Under the pieces are notes generated by a model. That model made no database searches. It had not been told where the DNA came from and saw only the letters and a program-made list of their open reading frames with translations. From the NCBI GenBank assembly GCA_950097015.1, contig CATNEN010000002.1, positions 4,154,001-4,218,000 on the forward strand: a stretch of DNA of 64,000 bases. Reading direction: 5' to 3'. Shown piece after piece: positions 36,691-49,800 of the stretch. Numbering within the stretch: position 1 is the first letter of the stretch; each line of letters begins with the position of its first letter. Origin of the DNA: Macrostomum hystrix. Its lineage: Eukaryota; Animalia; Platyhelminthes. A program made the position numbers and the translations under genes.

Positions 36691-39199
36691 AGAACCACCG
36701 TAGGGATATGCGATAAGGCCATTCCACTCGCCATTTTGAAAAGTGCAGTCGATTGCAACGCAGAAGCTAAATATAAAAAACTGAAGCTAAAGGTTAACCA
36801 TATCAACCTGATTTCGGGGTTATTTATTAGTTTGTTGTGTCTGAAATCATTAAATATACAAATTTATTTATTTGTTGTGTCTCGCGTGAGTGTTACGTGT
36901 GTGTATACTTTCTTCATTCTGTTAATTGTGTATACGACAAATTCGAAAGACTTCTAACATTCGACTATGTTATCACATCGAATATAAAGTATGAAAGACT
37001 TAAACATTTTAGTTCAACGATATTTTTGTTAAAATTTGAGTATTTCCACGTGTGTTCTGACGCTTTCCCAGTTCTGTTTGCTTTTTCTTGTCACTCGCTC
37101 TGTGTGCACAATTTTACTGTTGTGCGCAGGTGGTATTAGGTCTCCACCTGCATACCTGCTTGATTATCTAGTCCAGTCGTGACATTTTTGTTTAGAGTAA
37201 TGAATTCAGTGTTCGTCTGCAATTAAGTGCATCAGTTATTGGATATTTATTGTTTAATTTATTGGTGTACCGTCTGGCACATATCTTGGAAACAATGTTT
37301 TCCGGCTTTTTATCTTCGTCTCTTGTCACTATTTGTTTTAATCGGATCTGTTTGCGCATAGTTTTCTTAGAAATTATTTTGCACAATTTTTAAAACCTTG
37401 CGAAAAAAAGAACATTCTAATGTTTGATAAGCCCCAATTGTAACGTCACGTAATCAGAGGAAGCGACCTGTTTAATACTGTCGTGGTGATAAATTTTGTT
37501 TAACCTTGATGAGCTTCGAACGATAAAACGATAAAATACACATGAGTTGTACTGAATTATGAAAATTGCTTTCAATGTTCTTAAAAAAACATTTTTTGTT
37601 TGATGAGCTAACTTGTTGCCTTGTCTCATGATTTTAAGGGTGCCACTTAGCAATTACCATAGACGAAACTAGATAGCCCGCAATGGGACAACACTGGCTA
37701 ACGATCATTTTGGTCCTCTGCCCCTCTATTCCACTTTATTCCATAGACACTCTCAGAGTCACTATAGCTCACTCTCAGAGTCACTAGAAAAGTTTTTCTA
37801 TTGGCCCTTTAATACCAAAGCTTTTTAGCCGAGTTCGCAGTTCAAAAGTACTTCACTATAGAACAGTAGAACTCAGTTTTTGTAGAATTTCTGACTTACT
37901 GACTAAGCGAAAGGATTCGCGGTTGTTAGAACAATTGTTTGAGTAAATGCTGAATGCAGGCACTTAAAAACTTCTGTTTGAATTGCACACTTCCTTGCTA
38001 AATTATCTCTAACCTAGTACTCATTATAAATTTAACCGTGAAAGAAATAGATTTTAAGCACGAAAATTGTGCCAGGAAACGTAGAAGCCACTGATATCAA
38101 CAAGATTAAAATCTGATGCAGAAAAATATTACTTTCGATGACTCAAGCAGCCTAGCTGATGTGTCATCTATATTGGACAGATCAAAGTGTCCCAGACATG
38201 CAAGAGTGCAAGCATTGTGCGCTAATCCTATTTAGGATCGGTCTAGACATTCTTATCCCACGAGGAGACATAGGATAGACATTCTACGTAATGATGAGAA
38301 AATCTCTAATGAAAGGAAATATACTGCACAGCTGTTTGTATTATCTACCTGCCCACAATATTAGTTCTTTAATTAGTGCTGAGCCTTGAAGCTTGCAGCC
38401 AAACTTCTATAGGTATTTACTCAAACGATGAAAACAATGATAGAGAAATATTTCGTATTGCGAATTTTCTACTTTTCAATGGCAAATTTTTTTGTTTAGA
38501 GCCGACTTGTCTTTAAGAATATTTTATTTATAAAGGTTGTCTTTGTAATTTATGTGTCTTTGTGACGTATGTATTTGTGAATCTTTGTGAATGTGTCTTT
38601 GAGTAGGCTGTCCTTGTGAAGTGTCTTTGTGAATTGCGTCTTTGTGCAGCGCATCTTTGAGAATGTGAATTGTGCAGAGTGTCTTCGTCTATTCAAAAGT
38701 GCGTCCTCCCTTCTCATCACTTTAGAAGTTACAACAGCAGTCTAACAGGTAATACATGCTTTACTAACAGGTATATCACCTGTCTAACAGGTAGAATTTC
38801 TGTTTAACAGTTAGATCATTTTTCCAAGAGCCGTAAAATCGGTTTCATTCAAAGCCGAATGCTATTTTTAAACATGTGACCCAGACAGCCCATCTAAAGC
38901 AGGGCAGATTTGAGGTATGCGCTGCAAACGATGCAGATAATTCAACTAATTGATGCCCATGCGATCTGCGCATTTTTGACACCTGCGATTTGCGAACTGT
39001 CGACTAGCGTTAAACTTCAATGCTCCACAGTCGGACTCGTTATCAGCCATCAAAACGAACTTTCTTCTTTTGAGTATTCTTGAAGCTCTTTATTAATCAC
39101 AAGGTAGCAACCATTATCAACCTCTTAAGCAGGTGGTTTATCAGCTGGTACACTCGTAGGTAGACAGGTTTTTAAGAAGTACGTAAAAGAGTCTAACAA

Positions 39200-39990
39200 T
39201 CATGTCTAACAGGTAGGTACACTTGTCTAAGAGGTAACGTAGAGGAGTCTAACAGGTAGGTACACGTGTCAAACAGGTAGATACACGTGTCTAACAGGTA
39301 AGGTACACGAGCCTAACAGGTAAGGTAGACGAGTCTAACAGGTCGGTACACGTGTCTAACAGGTAGGTAGACGAGTCTAACAGGTCGGTATACGAGTCTA
39401 ACAGGTAGGTACACGAGTCTAACAGGTCGGTATACGAGTCTAACAGGTAGGTACACGAGTCTAACAGGTAGGTACGAGTTTAACAGGTAGGTACACGAGT
39501 CTAACAGGTAGGTACACGAGTCTAACAGGTAGGTACGAGTTTAACAGGTAGGTACACGAGTCTAACAGGTAGGTACACGAGTCTAACAGGTAGGTAGACG
39601 AGTCTAACAGGTCGGTATACAAGTCTAACAGGTCGGTACACGAGTCTAACAGGTAGGTACACGAGTCTAACAGGTAGGTACACGAGTGTAACAGGTAGGT
39701 ACACGAGTCTAACAGGTAGGTACACGAGTCTAACAGGTAAAGTAGACGTGTCTAACAGGTAGGTACACGAGTCTAACAGGTCGGTATACGAGTCTAACAG
39801 GTAGGTACACGAGTCTAACAGGTCGGTATACGAGTCTAACAGGTAGGTACACGAGTCTAACAGGTAGGTACGAGTTTAACAGGTAGGTACACGAGTCTAA
39901 CAGGTAGGTACACGAGTCTAACAGGTAAAGTAGACGTGTCTAACAGGTAGGTACACGAGTCTAACAGGTAGGTACACAAGTCTAACAGGA
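39200..39990. repeat. 21 bp minisatellite (TCTAACAGGTAGGTACACGAG)
   Basis: Direct inspection. Confidence 0.96.
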
Positions 39991-40479
39991 GGGTGTTAAT
40001 ACCCCGTAGGGCACTAAAGACAATAGAAAGGACACAGAGAGAATCAAACAAGAGTTTAAATTCAACAGTCAATAGCGAGCAACTCTAACCCTATTGTATT
40101 CCGATAAGGAAACAATGGCAAAAGCGATCCGCTGCTAATGAGGCTAATGGCATTTTCAATTGGGCTGAAGAAGTGTTTAGGAATTATCCAGCTGCGCAAT
40201 TAGAAATTACTCAGTAGAAAACAATGCGTTATAGAAAGTTAGAGAAAAGCTGTGTCTGACCGGTCAAAAGTACGCGGACCACAATGGCCACTAATCCAGG
40301 GTCGCACAGGGTAAAAACGGTTTATCAGAAATTCACGTGATGAAAGAAGAAAGCGGCTGTCTGACTCCCAAGCTTGCTTGCTAACGACCGGGATAACAGC
40401 GTAATGGCTAGTCTTTCATCAGCAAAGACAAAGTGCAAACTTATTGCACCAAGTTAAGAGACTTTTTCTTGCATCTCTA

Positions 40480-41180
40480 GACTCTAAAGTCATCACCCTG
40501 GACTCTAAAGTCATCACCCTGGACTCTAAAGTCATCACCCTGGACTCTAAAGTCATCACCCTGGACTCTAAAGTCATCACCCTGGACTCTAAAGTCATCA
40601 CCCTGGACTCTAAAGTCATCACCCTGGACCCTAAAGTCATCACCCTGGACTCTAAAGTCATCACCCTGGACTCTAAAGTCATCACCCTGGACTCTAAAGT
40701 CATCACCCTGGACTCTAAAGTCATCACCCTGGACTCTAAAGTCATCACCCTGGACTCTAAAGTCATCACCCTGGACCCTAAAGTCATCACCCTGGACTCT
40801 AAAGTCATCACCCTGGACTCTAAAGTCATCACCCTGGACTCTAAAGTCATCACCCTGGACTCTAAAGTCATCACCCTGGACTCTAAAGTCATCACCCTGG
40901 ACTCTAAAGTCATCACCCTGGACTCTAAAGTCATCACCCTGGACTCTAAAGTCATCACCCTGGACTCTAAAGTCATCACCCTGGACCCTAAAGTCATCAC
41001 CCTGGACTCTAAAGTCATCACCCTGGACTCTAAAGTCATCACCCTGGACTCTAAAGTCATCACCCTGGACTCTAAAGTCATCACCCTGGACTCTAAAGTC
41101 ATCACCCTGGACTCTAAAGTCATCACCCTGGACTCTAAAGTCATCACCCTGGACTCTAAAGTCATCACCCTGGACTTCCA
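40480..41180. repeat. Near-perfect 21 bp minisatellite (CTCTAAAGTCATCACCCTGGA), about 33 copies
   Basis: Direct inspection; only a recurrent T>C variant. Confidence 0.98.
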
Positions 41181-41227
41181 AGCCTAGAACTAAAAAGTAC
41201 GCAAATGAATAGAATGTATTTTATTAA

Positions 41228-43655
41228 GCAGTGGGGTATTTGGTGTAGCAGTGGGGTATTTGGTGTAGCAGTGGGGTATTTGGTGTAGCAGTGGGTTATT
41301 TGGTGTAGCAGTGGGGTATTTGGTGTAGCAGTGGGTTATTTGGTGTAGCAGTGGGGTATTTGGTGTAGCAGTGGGGTATTTGGTGTAGCAGTGGGGTATT
41401 TGGTGTAGCAGTGGGTTATTTGGTGTAGCAGTGGGGTATTTGGTGTGGCAGTGGGGTATTTGGTGTGGCAGTGAGTTATTTGGTGTAGCAGTGGGGTATT
41501 TGGTGTAGGAGTGGGGTATTTAGTGAGACAGTGGGGTATTTGATGAGGCAGTGGGGTATTTGATGAGGCAGTGGGGTATTTGGTGAGTCAGTGGGGTATT
41601 TGGTGAGGCAGTGGGGTATTTGGTGAGGCAGTGGGGTATTTGGTGAGGCAGTGGGGTATTTAGTGAGACAGTGGGGTATTTGATGAGGCAGTGGGGTATT
41701 TGGTGAGGCAGTGGGGTATTTGATGAGGCAGTGGGGTATTTGGTGAGTCAGTGGGGTATTTGGTGTGGCAGTGGGTTATTTGGTGTAGCAGTGGGGTATT
41801 TGGTGTGGCAGTGGGGTATTTAGTGAGGCAGTGGGGTATTTGGTGAGGCAGTGGGGTATTTGGTGAGGCAGTGGGGTATTTGGTGAGTCAGTGGGGTATT
41901 TGGTGAGTCAGTGGGGTATTTGGTGAGTCAGTGGGGTATTTGGTGAGGCAGTGGGTTATTTGGTGAGGCAGTGGGGTATTTGGTGAGGCAGTGGGGTATT
42001 TAGTGAGACAGTGGGGTATTTGATGAGGCAGTGGGGTATTTGGTGAGTCAGTGGGGTATTGGATGAGTCAGTGGGGTATTTGGTGAGGCAGTGGGTTATT
42101 TGGTGTAGCAGTGGGGTATTTGGTGAGGCAGTGGGGTATTTGGTGAGGCAGTGGGGTATTTAGTGAGGCAGTGGGGTATTTGGTGAGTCAGTGGGGTATT
42201 TGGTGAGGCAGTGGGGTATTTGGTGAGTCAGTGGGGTATTTGGTGAGGCAGTGGGTTATTTGGTGAGGCAGTGGGGTATTTGGTGAGACAGTGGGGTATT
42301 TGATGAGTCAGTGGGGTATTTGATGAGGCAGTGGGGTATTTGGTGAGTCAGTGGGGTATTTGGTGAGGCAGTGGGGTATTTGGTGAGGCAGTGGGGTATT
42401 TGGTGAGGCAGTGGGGTATTTAGTGAGACAGTGGGGTATTTGATGAGGCAGTGGGGTATTTGGTGAGGCAGTGGGGTATTTGATGAGGCAGTGGGGTATT
42501 TGGTGAGTCAGTGGGGTATTTGGTGTGGCAGTGGGTTATTTGGTGTAGCAGTGGGGTATTTGGTGTGGCAGTGGGGTATTTAGTGAGGCAGTGGGGTATT
42601 TGGTGAGGCAGTGGGGTATTTGGTGAGGCAGTGGGGTATTTGGTGAGTCAGTGGGGTATTTGGTGAGTCAGTGGGGTATTTGGTGAGTCAGTGGGGTATT
42701 TGGTGAGGCAGTGGGTTATTTGGTGAGGCAGTGGGGTATTTGGTGAGGCAGTGGGGTATTTAGTGAGACAGTGGGGTATTTGATGAGGCAGTGGGGTATT
42801 TGGTGAGTCAGTGGGGTATTGGATGAGTCAGTGGGGTATTTGGTGAGGCAGTGGGTTATTTGGTGTAGCAGTGGGGTATTTGGTGAGGCAGTGGGGTATT
42901 TGGTGAGGCAGTGGGGTATTTAGTGAGGCAGTGGGGTATTTAGTGAGGCAGTGGGGTATTTGGTGAGTCAGTGGGGTATTTGGTGAGGCAGTGGGGTATT
43001 TGGTGAGTCAGTGGGGTATTTGGTGAGGCAGTGGGTTATTTGGTGAGGCAGTGGGGTATTTGGTGAGACAGTGGGGTATTTGATGAGTCAGTGGGGTATT
43101 TGGTGAGGCAGTGGGGTATTTGATGAGTCAGTGGGGTATTTGGTGAGTCAGTGGGGTATTTGGTGAGACAGTGGGGTATTTGATGAGTCAGTGGGGTATT
43201 TGATGAGTCAGTGGGGTATTTGATGAGTCAGTGGGGTATTTGGTGAGGCAGTGGGGTATTTGGTGAGACAGTGGGGTATTTGATGAGTCAGTGGGGTATT
43301 TGATGAGTCAGTGGGGTATTTGTGAGACAGTGGGTTAATTGATGAGGCAGTGGGGTATTTGATGAGTCAGTGGGGTATTTGGTGAGGCAGTGGGGTATTT
43401 GGTGAGTCAGTGGGGTATTTGGTGAGGCAGTGGGGTATTTGGTGAGTCAGTGGGGTATTTAGTGAGGCAGTGGGGTATTTGATGAGTCAGTGGGGTATTT
43501 GGTGAGGCAGTGGGGTATTTGGTGAGTCAGTGGGGTATTTAGTGAGGCAGTGGGGTATTTGATGAGTCAGTGGGGTATTTGGTGAGCCATTGGGGTATTT
43601 GGTGAGGCAGTGGGGTATTTGGTGAGTCATTGGGGTATTTGGTGAGGCAGTGCAG
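41228..43655. repeat. 20 bp satellite (GCAGTGGGGTATTTGGTGAG) with a 760-bp higher-order duplication
   Basis: Direct inspection; variant order repeats at offset 760. Confidence 0.97.
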
Positions 43656-43875
43656 TATTTAAATAAATGGAACAAATTAAGCGATGTGTAGTAAGTCTCT
43701 TGCATAGAGTGCAGTGTGACGATGACAAGTAGAAGAGTGCCGAAATTAAGAAAAATATATTTTATTATTAATTTCACCGTAAGAATTAAAGGAACAATAA
43801 TTGAATAATCGAATTGCACAGCCAAAAACCAATTTAAGACAGGCGACAGTTAAACACGGAGGGTGGCTGGGTCAA

Positions 43876-46800
43876 TCACAGCGTGAACTCTTGCAGCTCG
43901 AAAGGCTTGGCGGCCCACAAGCCTCGACCGTTGTTTCTTAGAAACGCGACCATCGCCGCCTTGCTGCTGCGATATTCTCGACACGCCAGCTTAGCCTGCC
44001 GGTAGGTGGTGCCCGAAGGTCCGGTTCTGATGACTGGAGGCAGGTACAGCTGCTGCTGATAGGATTGCCTGTTGCTGCCAGCCTTGAATTTGTGCTGCAG
44101 AGTGCGCAACAAGTCAGCATAGTCAGCAAACAGGGCCCGCTTGGACAGTCGGGAGACGCCGCTGACGGCAGCTTCGGCCTGAGCGCCGGACGTCGGCAGC
44201 AGTCGGCCGGTGGAGGAGTTCACCAGCTCGGGCTGATCGTCCAGGACGCACCAGTTCAGCGAGCAGTCCGGGGCGGCTCTGGGCTGCCTCGGGTCGCGCT
44301 CGGTGACGCCCAGAAGTGCCGGCTGGCTGACCGGCAGGCCGGGCGGCGGCTGCTGCAGCCGGCCAATCAGGGCGCGCCGGCAGTGCGACGGATTAAAAGC
44401 CGAGCCAATCACAATCGAGCTTAGATAGACCGGCTCCACCAATTGGCTGAGCAGGCAGCCCTGAAGGCCCAGCATGCACCAGGAGGCCAGCTTGTCGGAG
44501 CAGGACATTGTCAGGAGGCGTTCGCCGCCAAGAATGCCATCCCAGGTCTGGGCCACCAAGTTGGCAGGCACCGGGATGGTGCCCTCGCCGCATTCGATCT
44601 TTGTGCGGAGAAGGCCGCGCGAAGCCCGGGTCGGATGCTCGTCTTCGGGCAGGTGCGAATTGGCAGCGGCGTCGGCGCCATCTGCAACTGGTTCGTTGGG
44701 CGAGAATACGCGCGCGTCCCCGCAGGGCGAGGTGCTGATGTACAGGTGGAGGCTGATGTCCGGCCGCAGCCTGCGGTCAGGTGTGGACAAAGGTGGTAAT
44801 AAATGTGAAATTTCGACTTTTGGAGGGTATTCAAATAGATTCTCAGGTTGAAATCTCATAGTCTGAGGTTAAGATCGCATAGAGTCTCAGGTTGGGATCT
44901 CATTGAGTTCAGGGATGAGATCTATAAGCCTCAGTTTCAAATTCCATAGTTTTCACGTGAGATTCTGATGGAGTATCAGGGTCAGATTCCAATAGTGCTA
45001 GGATGAGATTTCAATAGTCTCAGGATGAGATTCCAACAGTCTCAGGGTGAGATTCCATGAGATGTTTCTGGCTGGTCGCGTGTCAATGTGATATTGAAAT
45101 TTAGTCTCCAGGGCAGGAAAAAAAAGTTGAGTCTCAGCTTACAATCTTGCGTGTGTTGTTTGAGTAGTCTCAGAGCTAGATAAGAGAAATCGACTGAGTT
45201 AAATAATGAGCAGAAAAAAACTTTAGTTGTAATTCAGTTGTAATTCAGCGAATAAAAGAGAACTGAGAGAAGTACTCCGCCGTGTACTCAAGAGAGCTTC
45301 CATAGTTACAGAAAACTCAGTAACTACAACTAAAAAAAGGACAGACAGGCAGTAGAAATGCCAGTGTAATTTTTATTTGCACAAAGTTCAAGGGCGGCTT
45401 TTTATCAGACAGCCGACCTTAAACATCCATGGGGACATTTCCTCTAGTTTTTATTAGATAAAACGGCAAATTTACTATCATAATCTTATTATATATTATA
45501 CTACAATGATATAGAGGCACTACAACTCACGGGTTCCTTTGTATATTATTTTTGACAGGCCACAAAAGATGCGACAGTCTTTTTAATCGGTCACAATGGG
45601 GACTGAATGAAGCAAAAAAATAACCAGGTATCGAATCTACAGCCTCAGGCAGAGCAGATCCCTCTTTAACTGCAATCTCTGCGGCGAGAAAAGACCTGAC
45701 CAGAGGTTGTTAAAGTACTCAAGGAATTCAGTGATAGTAATGAATTAGAAGGTTGGATAAAAATTGGAAGCCTGCGCGAGAATTACACTGGCAACCTGGC
45801 AAACAGAAATAGGAAGAAAAATCTAAGTAGACACACCTGAGGATCTGACTAGACACACCTGAAGATCTGAGTAGAAAAACCTGAGGATCTGAGTACACAC
45901 ACCTGAAGATCTGAGTAGAAAAACCTGAGGATCTGAGTAGACACACCTGAGGATCTGAGTAGACACACCTGAGGATCTGAGTAGAAAAACCTGAGGATCT
46001 GCGTACACACACCTGAAGATCTGAGTAGAAAAACCTGAGGATCTGAGTAGACACACCTGAGGATCTGAGTAGAAAAACCTGAGGATCTGAGTAGACACAC
46101 CTGAAGATCCGAGGACCAAGTAGACAGACACACGTGAGGATCCTTACCAGAGAGGAGACTGACCAGAGGATCAGATTAGACGGACCTGGGGATCTGAGAA
46201 GACTGACCTGAGAATCTGAGTAGATGTTGAGCAAGCTGCAAGCATTAAGTCTAGCGTGAAGTCATATCGAACCTACCGAAATTTGGCGCCATCAGCCGGC
46301 CGATAGAACATGGATCGGTCGGGGCTGTCGCCAGCTGCTTCTGCCAGTTGACTGTGAAACACGCGCAGCAGACAGCGCCGGCTCAGAATCTCGGCGTGAC
46401 AATCCAGCAGGCAGCCGCCTGTTGCTTCAAGGCGATCGCCGGAGAGGCACTTCGTCCCCGTGGTGACGCAGAGGACCGTGAGCTGGCTGGGGTCGATCAC
46501 GCCACCGGAGCCTGGGCTGTCCTCGTAGCACATGACAACACCGGCTAGCACTTTCCGACGAGCCAGACGTTCGGGCAGGCTGGCAGCCAGCTCGTCGAAG
46601 CGCGATCGAACCAGCGACTGGACGGAGTCGGCGAAAGCCTGCTCAGCTGGGGTGGCAGCCAGGACCTGGTGCGTTGCGGCGGCGGAGTCGCCCGCGCCTG
46701 AGAAGAAGTTCGAGTCGGGTGTACAAGTGTACTGGGCAGCAGATGCGTACCTGTACTTAATGAAACACACGTACTTTAACCAAGGACCACTAGGTAGGAG

Positions 46801-49800
46801 GACGGGAAACTACGTTTCTAAGAAAAATTGCTCAAAACATTCTTGCCTAAAAACTGTTATTAAAATAATTGAACTATTGATATATTTTTTATTTTAGAAT
46901 CTACGAGTGGATGCTAATATTAGTTTAAAAACGACTAGCTTTGTGTTAATGTCTGAAAATGGCATGGAAATCGATGTTTTGACAAATAACGCATAACATA
47001 AATCGGAAAGCTATAAATAAAAAACTAGTATTAATGGATGAGACTTTTATCCGCCTCCAATCAAACACAGGCACTAAATCAGTGCAGAAAAAAAAAACTT
47101 CTTGCCTCTGAACGCCGTCTTTTTGGCGAAAACCAGCCTCTAATTTTTGTTTTAAGAAACGAGGTCTTAGAAACCACGTCCACCGAAAAAATCTACCTCA
47201 GCTAATGCTACCTCATTCGACAGCTGGGTGAACTGAAGTGATGGGATATTGATCGTCTTGTCCAACGATTCGAATTGTTTTACTTGGGCGGAGATTCGAA
47301 CTCAGACCTCACGGCTTAAAGTCTAAAGCTCTAAACCACTAGGCCACAAGACGCGGCTACAAATAAACTTATCTTACATCTTCATGCTGACTGGTGTTGT
47401 TTGAGCCTCAGTTTAAAACCGACTTTCGCGTCTCTAGCATCATGGACAGGTTATGCTTTAGAGATCGCGTCACTCGTTTAGCTGGGCAAGTCACGCAACG
47501 ATGACATCCATTAGGCCAATAATTCAGGTGAAAGCCTTATAATCTGTTCCCATAAGCAGTGTTGCGAGACAATTATTCTGATTGTGCAAAAATATCTGAT
47601 GTTAGCCGGAGGAGGAGATGAGCTCCTAGGATATTGAATCCCGCCCACATTATTGCAGGGATGAGGAAACTTCCAAAGGCGGACTTAATTTAAGAAGTCG
47701 AATAATTAACCGTCTTCTTTAGTTAACATTTCCTGAATAAGTTATTAAACTTATACGACACAAGCACTATTTACACTCTTTTTATCTTCTTTAATTACGT
47801 TAAAAGTGTGTGATGGACAACAATCAACGTCATGATTATAGACGTTTAAGTTTAGGATTGTTTAAAGCTACCATCTTCTCAAAGTTTATCGATGCTCAAG
47901 TTTATGATTGGTGAAACTAACATCTTCTCAATGTTTATCGATGCTTAAGTTTATGATTGATGAAAGCGAACATCTTCTCAATGTTTATCGATGATCAAGT
48001 TTATGATTGGTGAAACTAACATCTTCTCAATGTTTATCGATGCTTAAGTTTATGATTGGTGAAAGCGAACATCTTCTCAATGTTTATCGATGCTCAAGTT
48101 TATGATTGGTGAAACTAACATCTTCTCAATGTTTATCGATGCTTAAGTTTATGATTGATGAAAGCGAACATCTTCTCAGTGTTTATCGATGATCAAGTTT
48201 ATGATTGATGAAAGCGAACATCTTCTCAATGTTTATCGATGATCAAGTTTATGATTGGTGAAAGCGAACATCTTCTCAATGTTTATCGATGATCAAGTTT
48301 ATGATTGGTGAAAAGTAACATTTTTTAATGTTTATCGATGCTCAAGTTTATGATTGATGAAAGCGAACATCTTCTCAATGTTTATCGATGATCAAGTTTA
48401 TGATGGGTGAAAAGTAACATTTTTTAATGTTTATCGATGCTCAATTTTATGATTGATGAAAGCGAACATCTTCTCAATGTTTATCGATGATAAAGTTTAT
48501 TATTGGTGAAAAGTAACATTTTTTATGTTTATCGATGCTCAAGTTTATGATTGGTGAAAAGTAACATCTTCTCAATGTTTATCGATGCTTAAGTTTATGA
48601 TTGGTGAAAAGTAACATCTTAATGCTTATCGATGCTACAGTTTAGGATTGGTGAAAACTACAATCAACATAAAGGTGCTATGAATAAAGTACAACTAAAA
48701 AATCGGTTTTCAAACACTTTTTACGTGTGCTGTTGTTTGCTAAACCTTGAGCTTGGTAGAATACATTATACTCTTTGCAGGTGTCTGAAGTACTCATACT
48801 GACAATCATTCAGTGTAAGAGCTTTCCTGCAATAAATTTTTTTATACTGCAAGCATCTTTCCATCATTTTTTATTTGTAATTCAAATCCAAATGTAAAGT
48901 AAAATGGGAAAAATTTTGTTACTTGATTTGAAAGCACTCGAGCTGAGCCTCAGCATATTGTGTTTTATGCCGACATTTTTCACCACAGGACAAATCCGCC
49001 TCTTACAATGGGAACAGGATAAAAGGCTAGATTGTCTGTCATCCAAAGCGCAGAGTGCAAACGTAGTCTCAATCTCAAATAAATTGTATTTTTCTGCGTT
49101 TAAATAATACGAGCCTATGTTTCAAAGCGATATTTTCCTTTTGGATTCGATGAATTTGAAAATAACCGCTTTTTCTCTCTTTCGCGATGACTCTCCGCCA
49201 TTTATCAATGACGTCTCACTTGTGTACCGCCTCGGGCTAACGGAATGAAGATGATGTAATTAAAAGGTGCCGAATTTCTACTACCTGAGCAACTTTAGTT
49301 CCAATCCAGGTGTTTCCATGTGGCATTAGAAGGTCGAATCTGATTGGAGAATCGCAAATTGACGCCGCCGCATGTATTAAGGCTGAGCTTTCAGCGAGCA
49401 CAATATAATGAAGGCTCTGAGGCTTCAGAAACACCGTATAACAATGCTGTTTTGCTAATAATCCTGATGAAAACAAACTGCTACTTTTAATACCAGGGTA
49501 CATGACATTAATATCATGCCATGCGGCTTTATAGTCCCTTAATTAATCAGATCGGGCGAATAAAGGTCATTGAAGAAAAACTTGTTTAAACCTAATAAAA
49601 GCTACAAATTATTAAACCTGTTCTGACGCTTTTCAGCTGTTTTAAGAAGGAAGACGACTTGGGATATGCTGCACAAAACTATCACGGGGGTTCCCTACTG
49701 CTCAGGATTGAAATTATGAAATCTACGTTAGTTGCGATAGTCAGTATCAGTAGTAACGATTAGGATTAGGACATGAATGATGAGCCATATAAGGACTAAC

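Noticed and set aside
40419-41187. Periodic ORFs (VMTLESR, LDSKVIT, VQGDDFR)
   Set aside because: Products of a perfect 21-bp repeat open in several frames on both strands
27050-43655. CRISPR-like arrays
   Set aside because: No unique spacers, no cas genes, eukaryotic context; these are head-to-tail satellites
49237-49503. ORF faintly resembling a Helitron PIF1 helicase segment
   Set aside because: No Walker A or other diagnostic motif
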